Shown: positions 1 through 9,200 of the stretch, piece by piece | Numbering within the stretch: the stretch's first letter is position 1 | How the letters are laid out: every line of letters begins with the position of its first letter | Assembly: GCA_018001695.1 (NCBI GenBank) | Contig: JAGNHN010000009.1 | Location: forward strand, 18,528-82,527 | Direction of reading: 5' to 3' | DNA: 64,000 bases | Origin: Lentimicrobiaceae bacterium | GTDB lineage: Bacteria > Bacteroidota > Bacteroidia > Bacteroidales > JAGNHN01 | Position numbers and translations under genes: made by a program | Notes under the pieces: model-generated | Seen by the model: the letters and a program-made list of their open reading frames with translations, nothing else | Told to the model about the DNA's origin: nothing | The model's database searches: none

Positions 1-2037
1 GTTCAGGGTGACCGTATCCATAGTCGCTGAGAGAATAGCGGTATGGCCTGTGCCAATTCCGGTATAGTTGGCCGCATTGGTGGCCGAGGATCCCACTGCC
101 TCATTAAAGACCACGCGTATGGTTTGCGCCGTCAAGGCAGCGGCATTCAATACAACGGGGGGTGTGGTATCTACCACAATAACTGGGAACAGGCTGTTGA
201 ATGCCATGGGTGTGGGCTTCGCAAACTGGAAGATCCCAAATCCGTTCGGGATGCGGGCCCAGGTTGTATCAGTGGCCTGCTGGCCATAGATCACCGAATC
301 CACCACAGCACCTGCCGCATTGTAAAGGTAAACCTCCTCACCGGCTTTATTGGGCAGGAAATTGGCATGAAGGCCGGCATCGAGGGTATCCTGGTCGGCC
401 CAAACGATCAAATAAGCTCCCGGTGCAAGCGTAGTGTCCGGGAAATACCAACGGTTCATGCCGGTATGGTTGTCGGTCATCGACCAATTCAGCAGGGAGA
501 CAGCGTTACTGCCCGGATTATACAGTTCAATCCAGGGATCATAGTTTTGGTCTGAGGGATCCAGGTAAGCTGCGACGTTATCTACCAGGATTTCATTGAT
601 CACGATGGGTGCCAGTCCGGCAGGCGTGCCGCTGATAACCACATTGTCAAGCTCCCAGGTCGCGGCTTCAGCTGCTGTTGATGTATAGCGGAACGCGATA
701 TAACCTACGCCGCTGTATCCTGCAAGTGAGATATTCCCGGATTGTGTCCATGTCCAGTTGCCGGCTGAAAGGGTGGCGGACAGGGGGGACCAGGTGGCGG
801 ATGCCGGGCTGCCGGTTCCGGAATAATTGGTAGAGATGAGCACTTCCAGGTCAGGACCTGTATAGTTCTTGGCCGTGATGAAAGACAAATGGGTATTGAC
901 AAACCCACCGAGGTTAAGCGGGGGACTGATGATCCAGTCGTTGCTGGGCTCATTCCCCTGGAAACCAGTTATTTTGGCAAAGGTATCGCCCTGAAAGAAA
1001 TCAATGTACCAGTTTTTATCGCTGGCCAGGCTGATGGTATCCCAGTTTCCGAAGCTCAGGTTGTTAAAGTCAATCGCTTCAATGACGAAAGCTGTGACGG
1101 CACCCGCCTGGGGTGCTGCCGGACTGGTCTTATAATCAATATACTGTCCTGAGTTAGTATATGGGTAAATGGCAAAATAGTAAGGTGTACTTCCATTCAG
1201 GTCGGTGAAAGTAAAGGTCTGGGCGCCCGGCGTTATATTTTTAGCTCCGCTTCCGTCTTTCAACTTGATGTCATCTATAACCGGAACGCCATCTACCGGC
1301 GGGGCGATGGCTGCATTGGTGCTGGCCAGTATCAGGTAGCCATCGGGCAACTGGGTTCCCACTGCATCAGTCCAGTTTAGCGTGATGGTTACGCCCGTAG
1401 CTGCGGCCGTAAAGCCTGTAGCATGGTTGGTTGGCTCCGGATCCGGAATGAAAGTCCCCAGGGTTTGGTTGTTATTCAGGGAGCCCATGGTGGCCGTGGC
1501 AGGTGGCTGCCAGGTAAACTGGCCATACTGTGTCCCTGCACCACTCAGTTGGAGGGAATGACCGATGGGTGTTGTTCCATCCTCAAAAACACCGATATCT
1601 ACAGACAACAATCCTTGAGCCGGTCCATCAGCCCCTGTCATGGTACCTTCATAAGAGAGCCACTGGCCAGGAATCAGGACATTCTGATATGACAGGGCCA
1701 TCCCGTCAGGTGCGCCATTTTGAAGGCCGTTGGCTGGGTACACATAATAATATATTGTAAAATTCCCCACTGTAGCGCCCACAGTGAATACTGAAAGGCT
1801 TTCGGTGGAGTACATGGCATTGCCACTGCCATTGTACAGGTGAACACGAAACTCCGCCAGGGTATAGGATGAAGGATTCTCAATGATGACTTCGATAAAT
1901 TCACCTACATCCGCGCCCACATTGTCGTAATGAATCTCATTGATCCAGGCATTCTGGGCCAGCAGATTCCCTGCCATCAGGGGCATGCACAACAGGATCA
2001 GGATGCGGATCAGTAAAGTAGTCTTGATTGTCTTCAT
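1..2037 (-). CDS. Secreted lamin-tail-domain (LTD) surface protein, first 679 codons; 3' end lies beyond the window start
   Basis: Absent from the ORF track because the frame is open to the window edge. The minus-strand ATG at 2037-2035 reads MKTIKTTLLIRILILLCMPLMAGNLLAQNAWINEIHYDN: a signal peptide plus the same NAWINE-HYDN module as the next gene. My translation of 541-600 gives INEILVDNVAAYLDPSDQNY, the LTD motif also present in the 6258-10745 product. Other frames hold only short shadow ORFs. Confidence 0.8.
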   Translation of the reverse strand, partial: MKTIKTTLLIRILILLCMPLMAGNLLAQNAWINEIHYDNVGADVGEFIEVIIENPSSYTLAEFRVHLYNGSGNAMYSTESLSVFTVGATVGNFTIYYYVYPANGLQNGAPDGMALSYQNVLIPGQWLSYEGTMTGADGPAQGLLSVDIGVFEDGTTPIGHSLQLSGAGTQYGQFTWQPPATATMGSLNNNQTLGTFIPDPEPTNHATGFTAAATGVTITLNWTDAVGTQLPDGYLILASTNAAIAPPVDGVPVIDDIKLKDGSGAKNITPGAQTFTFTDLNGSTPYYFAIYPYTNSGQYIDYKTSPAAPQAGAVTAFVIEAIDFNNLSFGNWDTISLASDKNWYIDFFQGDTFAKITGFQGNEPSNDWIISPPLNLGGFVNTHLSFITAKNYTGPDLEVLISTNYSGTGSPASATWSPLSATLSAGNWTWTQSGNISLAGYSGVGYIAFRYTSTAAEAATWELDNVVISGTPAGLAPIVINEILVDNVAAYLDPSDQNYDPWIELYNPGSNAVSLLNWSMTDNHTGMNRWYFPDTTLAPGAYLIVWADQDTLDAGLHANFLPNKAGEEVYLYNAAGAVVDSVIYGQQATDTTWARIPNGFGIFQFAKPTPMAFNSLFPVIVVDTTPPVVLNAAALTAQTIRVVFNEAVGSSATNAANYTGIGTGHTAILSATMDTVTLN

Positions 2038-2172
2038 GATATATGCTTATTGATTTATTTCTGATACAAAGGTAAAGATAAGGATAATGCTGTAAGGAAG
2101 TGCCGGTTTGTGGTTCCTATCCATTATCATCCCATTGCATTTCTATCTTCCGGAATAAGAAATTAATGATGG

Positions 2173-2205
2173 AAAAGCCTGCCACTCAATGAGTAACAGG
2201 CTTTT
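2173..2205 (-). terminator. Hairpin terminator downstream of the 2228-5935 gene
   Basis: AAAAGCCTG (2173-2181) pairs with CAGGCTTTT (2197-2205) around a 15-nt loop. It lies 23 nt past the stop codon. The U-tract is short. Confidence 0.55.
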
Positions 2206-2227
2206 CACATCAATGACTAATCATGCA

Positions 2228-5200
2228 CTATCTGGAGATACTGATTTTATGGGTCACAGATTCCAGGCTGCCACGCATCCGGAGGAGGTAACTTCCCTTG
2301 CTGAGGGTCGTCACATCCAATACATGATGATGCAGGCCACTGGTCAGATAACCCATGTCTACGGAAATCACTTTCTCTCCCAGCATATTGAATAACTCAA
2401 TGCTGACATCCTGCGCCTGATTGAGGTTGATATCCAGGTTCAGTGTCTGGCTCACCGGATTCGGATAAGTACTGATACCGGTTTGATTTGCGGCGATGCC
2501 AGGGAAAATCAGGCCGATATGCTTCATTTCTTCACCATACACATCACCCAGACTGCTATTGGGAAGCACTTCAAGGGAAGCATCTGCGGCGCTGGTCTCC
2601 ATTTTCAGGTTAATGAACATAAAAGGATTACTGTTGCCGGTTTCGACACCTTCCAGGCTGAACCAGGCAAGGCGGAGGATGCGGCCGTCCTGCGAGAAGA
2701 TAGCCTGCTGTCCGTCGGCCATCATTACATCGATGACCTGGCTCTTCTCTGGTATGAGCAGTTCAAGCGATACGGCACCCAGTCTAACCACCTGGTCTGT
2801 TGATACCGGAAGTGTGACGATATCACTCTGGGCACTTACCAGACCTTCCTGGCGGTAATTCAGACCGGCTGATTTGATTGGTGGAATATATGATCCATTT
2901 ACATCACCATAACAACGGATGGGCAAATCAACCTGGATTTGGGTATCTGTCAGCTTATTGATTACACGAGGAGGCTGCACCGAGTACCAATCCCCAACGT
3001 CGAAGGAGGAGATCAGACCGGCGAAGCGGCGGGCGATGAGGTGCGCATCGGATGTATTCAATCCCTGTGCTGTCTCAACATTACCAACAATCTGATCATA
3101 TGCACTCAGGGTGATCATGCCCACGAAATGCTTCGCCACGAGCAAGGCATCCAGGCTGTTCACGCCGCCCCATCCCCAGGCATAGAAGGTGGGATCAACG
3201 ACGAATGTATAGGTTCCATTGGGAAGGTCGGAGAATGTTACCTTGCCACTCAAATCAGAAGTGTCCGAACCGATGAGCACATTGTTACGGTAAAGGTGAA
3301 CCGGGATAAATGGCATAGGTGTATTGACATTGTTGTCATAGTACACCCAGGCCTCCATAAAATGGAAGGGGCCGCAATATCCAAATATCGGGGTATTGCT
3401 TTCGCCGGGGGTGGCACAGCTATAGATAAAATCGACATTATTCTGATCTGTATCTTGTCCGTCAGGATAACGGCTGATACCATGACCGGCTGCGCTGCCA
3501 TTGTCAATGAGTCCAACCCCTGATCCTTCGGTATATCCGGCTACACTGCCTTCATAAGACACAGCATCCACAATATTTCCGAAGGGATCGAGCAGTGCCA
3601 CGGCATCGGGAGCGCCATTCTGGATAAGATCAACATTCGGATTCACATCCAGGTCGCAATTCGGCACATTGGCGGCATTGGCGCAGATCACAAAATAATC
3701 ACCTGCAGCAAGGGTGCTTTCGGGTAGGTCAAAGGTACCGTAAATCAGGTTAGTGGCGCCATTGACAAGAACTACACGGTACCCGGCAAGGGCCACAGTT
3801 TCGGTTCCGGTGTTCTTAAGCTCAATAAACTCATGATTGTCGGTTCCCGGCTGGTCATAATCAATCTCATTGATCACCAGGGGAGCAGGAACGAAGCAGG
3901 ACTGCGGAGCCGTCCACAGGTCAACGATCTGCAGTGAGCAGCCAGGCTCCAGCGGATTGAAGAGCAATACAGTCACAGGCAACCCGTTTGCGATCAATCC
4001 ATTCAGTGTAACATAGTAATAAGGTGGTGTCTTACCAGGAATCTGCAATTCCAATATCCTGGTTTCATTTCCGATGGTAACGCCAATTGAATCTCCCGGA
4101 TAATTCTGTACGATAACCCGCAAGTCTACTAGGTACTTGTTCGTAACAGGATTACAATCACTTATATAATCCACAACGGCACTCTGGATGCTGCAACTGC
4201 CACAGGAGGCCGGCGCTGTATAGGCGGCTGTGAAAGTACGGGAACAGAAAGGATCATCCGTGAATTCCAGCGTAACGTCAACCGGCAGGCCATTGGCGGG
4301 CAATGAAGTAAGTTGAATGATCTGGGGACTGCCTGATACCGGATAAGGATTTCCATTGACCGACAAATAACCGGTTGCAGGCTCTTTGCTGTACGATACC
4401 GTGATAAAGGCATCGTAAGTATTGGTGGCCGGCTGGCAATCCCCTACCGAATCCACCACAAGATCGAAGATGGTGCAAACACAATAGCCCGTATCATACA
4501 GGTTTGCCTCCCCGGGCGTGATACAAAGCGGGATAAAATCCACATTATTTACATCTGTATCAACACCATCGGGCCAGCGGGAAATACCCTGTTTTGCCCT
4601 CACGGCGTCATCTATGAGATCGACGCCACTGCCTTCGGTAAACCCGGTTGTATTGCCTTCATAGCTCAGCATATCCAGAATCATATTCGTCGCAGAATAT
4701 AATACAATGGCATCTGGTGCCCCGTTCTGGATCAGATCTGTCGCAACATTCACCACCAGGTCACAATTTGGCACATTGCCGCCATTGCCGCAGATCACGT
4801 AATAGTCCCCCGCTGCCAGCATGACATTGGGCAGGATGATATCACGGTAGGAACCGGGAGGACTTTGCGATCCATTGATCAATACCACTTTCATATTCTC
4901 CAGGTTGACAGCCTCCGTCCCTGTGTTTTTCAATTCGATAAACTCAGCATTATCCCCTGTACCTGGCATATCATAATCCACCTCATTGATCACGATGGCG
5001 GGCAAGCTGACCTGGGCTGTCTCAACAACGATCTTCCATATCCTGGTAGCACTCTCATCCCCAAACCATACCTGCCAGTATACAGTATCTGAGTAATCGA
5101 GGACTGTGATGCCACTCTCCACGAAATTGTAACTGCTATTGGTGGTGTCAAAGGCAAAGGCCTGGTAGCACAGGGTGAAATCAGCCACCAGCGCTGCCAG

Positions 5201-5935
5201 GTTGGTCCCTGCGTAAACTTCGATGGTAACCATGGCATTGATATCGTCAATGACGGCAGGGCCTGTCTGCTGTGGAAAGCTGAACGAAAGGATGTCGCCG
5301 CAAAAAGGTATCTGACCCAGGCTCTGGTTGTTGTTAAGGGTTCCCTTCGTAGCATCATCCGGGGCTTCCCATGTAAAATCAGCATACTCATCACCAGTTC
5401 CCCCAAGTTGCAGAGAATACCCAACAGGAGTGGTGCCAACCTCAGATACACCAATATCAATTGATGCCATTCCTGTTGCGGGCCCCGCCCCGGCTGTGAA
5501 CACCCCTTCATATGAAATCAGTTGTCCGGGAATCAATGCGCCCTGATAAGTGAGGGCAAATCCGTCCCTTGCTCCATTCTGAATACCATCAACAGGATAT
5601 GTAAAATGGTAGAATGTAAAATCCCCTATGGTAACACCAACCGTGAAAGCAGATAACAAGGTAGTATTATATACTACGGCATTACTTGCAGAGTTGCCGT
5701 TATACAAATGCACCGTGAAATCCGCCAGGTTATATAGTCCGGGGTTTTCAATGACAATCTCAATAAACTCATTGACATCGCCACCATCGTTGTCATAATG
5801 AAACTCATTGATCCAGGCATTGGGCTGCGCCTGCAGCTCGGCCTGGCCGCCCGGCATCAGGGGAAGCATCATCAGGCCCACCAGACAGACCAGGGCTGTC
5901 AGGAAATGGGCGTTTCTTGTCCTCGTGTTTCTCAT
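2228..5935 (-). CDS. T9SS-secreted LTD-domain surface protein (2 LTD copies, CarboxypepD_reg-like, dockerin-like, cohesin-like, Por C-terminal sorting domain)
   Basis: 1235-aa ORF with a signal peptide (LVGLMMLPLMPGGQAELQAQ) and an N-terminal NAWINEFHYDNDGGDVNEFIEIV module. It has two ~165-aa LTD copies (VINEVDYDMPGTGDNAEFIELKNTG and VINEIDYDQPGTDNHEFIELKNTG) and a dockerin-like stretch (LDALLVAKHFVG...SDAHLIARRFAG). The C-terminus YPNPVSQTLNLDINL...GSYLLRMR is typical of the T9SS sorting domain. Confidence 0.85.
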   Translation of the reverse strand: MRNTRTRNAHFLTALVCLVGLMMLPLMPGGQAELQAQPNAWINEFHYDNDGGDVNEFIEIVIENPGLYNLADFTVHLYNGNSASNAVVYNTTLLSAFTVGVTIGDFTFYHFTYPVDGIQNGARDGFALTYQGALIPGQLISYEGVFTAGAGPATGMASIDIGVSEVGTTPVGYSLQLGGTGDEYADFTWEAPDDATKGTLNNNQSLGQIPFCGDILSFSFPQQTGPAVIDDINAMVTIEVYAGTNLAALVADFTLCYQAFAFDTTNSSYNFVESGITVLDYSDTVYWQVWFGDESATRIWKIVVETAQVSLPAIVINEVDYDMPGTGDNAEFIELKNTGTEAVNLENMKVVLINGSQSPPGSYRDIILPNVMLAAGDYYVICGNGGNVPNCDLVVNVATDLIQNGAPDAIVLYSATNMILDMLSYEGNTTGFTEGSGVDLIDDAVRAKQGISRWPDGVDTDVNNVDFIPLCITPGEANLYDTGYCVCTIFDLVVDSVGDCQPATNTYDAFITVSYSKEPATGYLSVNGNPYPVSGSPQIIQLTSLPANGLPVDVTLEFTDDPFCSRTFTAAYTAPASCGSCSIQSAVVDYISDCNPVTNKYLVDLRVIVQNYPGDSIGVTIGNETRILELQIPGKTPPYYYVTLNGLIANGLPVTVLLFNPLEPGCSLQIVDLWTAPQSCFVPAPLVINEIDYDQPGTDNHEFIELKNTGTETVALAGYRVVLVNGATNLIYGTFDLPESTLAAGDYFVICANAANVPNCDLDVNPNVDLIQNGAPDAVALLDPFGNIVDAVSYEGSVAGYTEGSGVGLIDNGSAAGHGISRYPDGQDTDQNNVDFIYSCATPGESNTPIFGYCGPFHFMEAWVYYDNNVNTPMPFIPVHLYRNNVLIGSDTSDLSGKVTFSDLPNGTYTFVVDPTFYAWGWGGVNSLDALLVAKHFVGMITLSAYDQIVGNVETAQGLNTSDAHLIARRFAGLISSFDVGDWYSVQPPRVINKLTDTQIQVDLPIRCYGDVNGSYIPPIKSAGLNYRQEGLVSAQSDIVTLPVSTDQVVRLGAVSLELLIPEKSQVIDVMMADGQQAIFSQDGRILRLAWFSLEGVETGNSNPFMFINLKMETSAADASLEVLPNSSLGDVYGEEMKHIGLIFPGIAANQTGISTYPNPVSQTLNLDINLNQAQDVSIELFNMLGEKVISVDMGYLTSGLHHHVLDVTTLSKGSYLLRMRGSLESVTHKISISR

Positions 5936-6138
5936 AGGATTATCATTTTTAATGAATTATGTTTTTCGCTGTAGTTCGGCAGCGTTGAATGGTGCAATGG
6001 TTAACTCCTTCTACCGGATCATCCGGCAACTCCCATTTTCAAATATAGGAGATTTGCCAATAGAATCCTCTAGTTTTTTATCAGAATTAATCATTTCGTA
6101 ACCTCAGCAGGGTGCAGGCTTCAGGAAACACTGCATGC

Positions 6139-6180
6139 AAAAAAAGCGACTGCCCTGCGTCTTAAGTAACAACAGGGCAG
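6139..6180 (-). terminator. Rho-independent terminator of the 6258-10745 gene
   Basis: CTGCCCTG (6150-6157) pairs with CAGGGCAG (6173-6180). On the minus strand the stem is followed by a T7 run (A-run 6139-6145 on the plus strand). Confidence 0.75.
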
Positions 6181-6257
6181 CCGGTGAGTTTGAAAAGATT
6201 TCAGGCCGTATGGCCCAACTTTTCAATCAGGCCAATGACGTCACCTTCGTGATGACA

Positions 6258-9200
6258 CTATCTCATGATCACCAGACGTTCGGCATACCTGACATTGCCG
6301 TTTTGCACTGTCAGTATGTAAGCGGCAGGTTGCAATGACGAGACATCCAGATTCATGCGGCTTCTAATATTCTCATAATCCGTTCTGATCCAAACCCTTC
6401 CTGTCATGTCTGTAATGGTAAGCTCAGCATCACGCAAGCCTTCCGGCAACGCAATCTGCAACTGAGTATGGGCCGGATTTGGGTAAAGCCTCAGGCTGGC
6501 ATCTCCGGATTGCAGAGAGGGGATGCTTAGTTTAACATATGGAAGTACCCTTGCATCCAGGTCACTGATCTCCACAAAGGACACATGATCTGCCAGGTTC
6601 ATGCCGTTATCCGGTATACTCAGGACGCGTGCATGGATATTGAACATGGCCTCTTTTGCGATACGCACCCCTTCCGGATTTACCCATGCCAGACGTAATT
6701 CATTACCCGTTAATGCATACTGCATCAGTCCATCAGGTCCGGAGACAGATACCAACTCCAGGCCTGAAGGCCAGTTCATGGTCAGAGATACTGCGCCAAA
6801 TCTTACGGGTTCAGAGAGTGAAACCGGGATGCTGATTCCTTCACCTTCCCTCACCTGCATACTGTTCAGATCAATGGCCCCTCCTGCCGATTTAACGTTA
6901 CCATAAGAGGCATCAACATCTCCCATACATATACCTAATACGTTTTTCGTGACATCCATGCCATTAACCAGGATAGCAGGATTCTCAAATAGCCAGTCGC
7001 CAGCCTGGAAGGAGGTCGACATGCCGACGAAACGCTTTAGGACAAACATCGCATCCGCCGCATTGACAGTCCCATCGGCATTGACATCGGCGGCGGCGGC
7101 CTGCATGCCATGCAGGATTTGAGCCCCGATAAAATGCTTCAAGACGAGCAGGGCATCGTTGGCGTTGACGCTGCCCCAGGGTAGGCTGGTCGAAGCCGTC
7201 AGGTTATAGCTACCGTCCAGGATACTGCCAAAATGATAATATCCACCAGGATCGGTGGTGGTTGTCTTGGTCAGGCCACCCTGCCCCGACAATACGACCT
7301 GCGCTCCCTGGAAAGCAAATCCGGCGGGCGTAGCATAATGCACATGGCCGTTTACATTATAAACGAAGGTACACCCTGCGCCAGGGGAAGCATACACTGC
7401 AATGGTATCAACATACCCGACCAATTCTGTTGAAGCAGTCCAGTTGATTGCCAGGCTGTTATCAGCACTGCGGTCACAGAGGGTCAGTGAGGGACCGAAG
7501 CCATCCGGGCTGACAGGCCAAGGGGCTGCATCGTCAAAATTCACATAATCCACGACACTTCCATATTTATCTTTCAGCTCAATTTCTTCGCCGGAATTGC
7601 TCAAAGCCCCGGCGGTCCACTGCCTGGCCGGCTTATTGTAGAACGACTGGAAAGCGGATGAGTCGACGGCCAGCAGCAGATATTGTCCGGGCGCCAGAAG
7701 GATGGAAGGGAAGGTGTATGTAATTCCTTTGCTGAAATAATATCCAGCGAGATCGACGGTCAGCACGTCATTGTTATACAGTTCAAGGAACTCCAGCGTA
7801 TCCGTGCCACTTTCCGGGGGGTTGTACATGATCTCGGTGATGACGATGGCGGGGACAGGTGGCGGCAGGACCTGGATATAATTGGGCAAAGTAAGGGTAT
7901 CGCTGCCGGTGGGATTGGTGACGATCAGGCTGACATCATAGAGGCCAGGCCATGCATACACGATCCCGCTGGGATTTTTGTCGGTGCTTCCGGCAGGCGT
8001 ACCGCCCGGGAAAGACCAGGTCCATGAATGGGGGTTGTAGGTGGAAAGGTCGGTGAAATTCACACTGCCGCTAGCAATGATCTGCGTCTGACTCGCCGTG
8101 AATGCCGCGACGGGAAGGATCGGAGGTACACAGGGGTAACCTGGTGTAGCAAACAAACTATCACCGTTTCCGTTGACACCTGCATACCAGGTGGAAGCCG
8201 TCCAGTTGGATCCCAGGCTGTTATCGAGAGCAGGATTACACAAACTCAGTGATGGGCCGTAGCCATCGGGACTGACAGGCCAGGGAGAAACATCATCAAA
8301 ATTTACATAATCAATCACATAACCAAAGGCATCCTTCAATTCGATTTCCTCTCCGCTGTTGCTCAATCCACCCGATGTCCATCCAATCGCTGGCACACCA
8401 AAGAACTGACTGACCGCATTGGGGAAGGCAGCTACAACCAGATAGTCTCCTGGCTGCAAAGTGATAGCCGGGAAGTTAAGATCAACTCCTTTGGAGAATT
8501 TCCATCCCTGCAGGTTTACAGCCTGGTTATCATTGTTATATAATTCGATGAATTCCAGCGTATCCGTTCCGGATTCCGGAGGATTGTACATGATTTCGGT
8601 GATAACGACATCCGGATACCAGGCCGGGTCGACTTTGATATAATTGGTTTTGACCAGGGTATCATGTTCTCCGGCTGTATTTTGAACGATGAGGGTGACA
8701 TCGAACATGCCAGGCGTATTGTAGACGATCCCTTGTGGATGCTGGAGGTTGGATGTAGCCGGGGTGCCACCTGGGAATGACCATAACCATGAAGTGGGAT
8801 TACCGAGTGAAAGGTCGGTGAACACCACGGTATCTCCTGTCAGGATATTCAGCGGCGTTCCCGTGAAATCAGCGGTAAGGGGTATTGGAATGAAGCAACC
8901 TGCACCGGGCGTGGCGAAGAGTGTATCGCCGGCGGCATTTATAGCGGCAAATTCGGTGGAGGCTGTCCAGTTCACGGCAAGGCTATTGTCTGTGGAAGGA
9001 TCACAGAGTGTCAGAGACGGGCCAAAACCATCAGGACTGACCGGCCAGGGTGCCACATCGTCGAAATTGACATAATCCACCACATTGCCAAGGGCATCTT
9101 TGATCTCAATTTCTTCTCCGGAATTGCTCAGTGCGCCAGAGGTCCATTGCAATGCACTGACACCAAAGGTATTCGACATGGCCTGAGCGCTGTACGCCAC

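Noticed and set aside
43-555. 170-aa plus-strand ORF, and other short ORFs across 1-2000
   Set aside because: They lie antisense to or out of frame with the open-ended minus-strand LTD gene (1-2037), whose translation shows clear paralogy to the neighbouring genes. Their composition is low-complexity and Gly/Arg-rich, typical of shadow ORFs.
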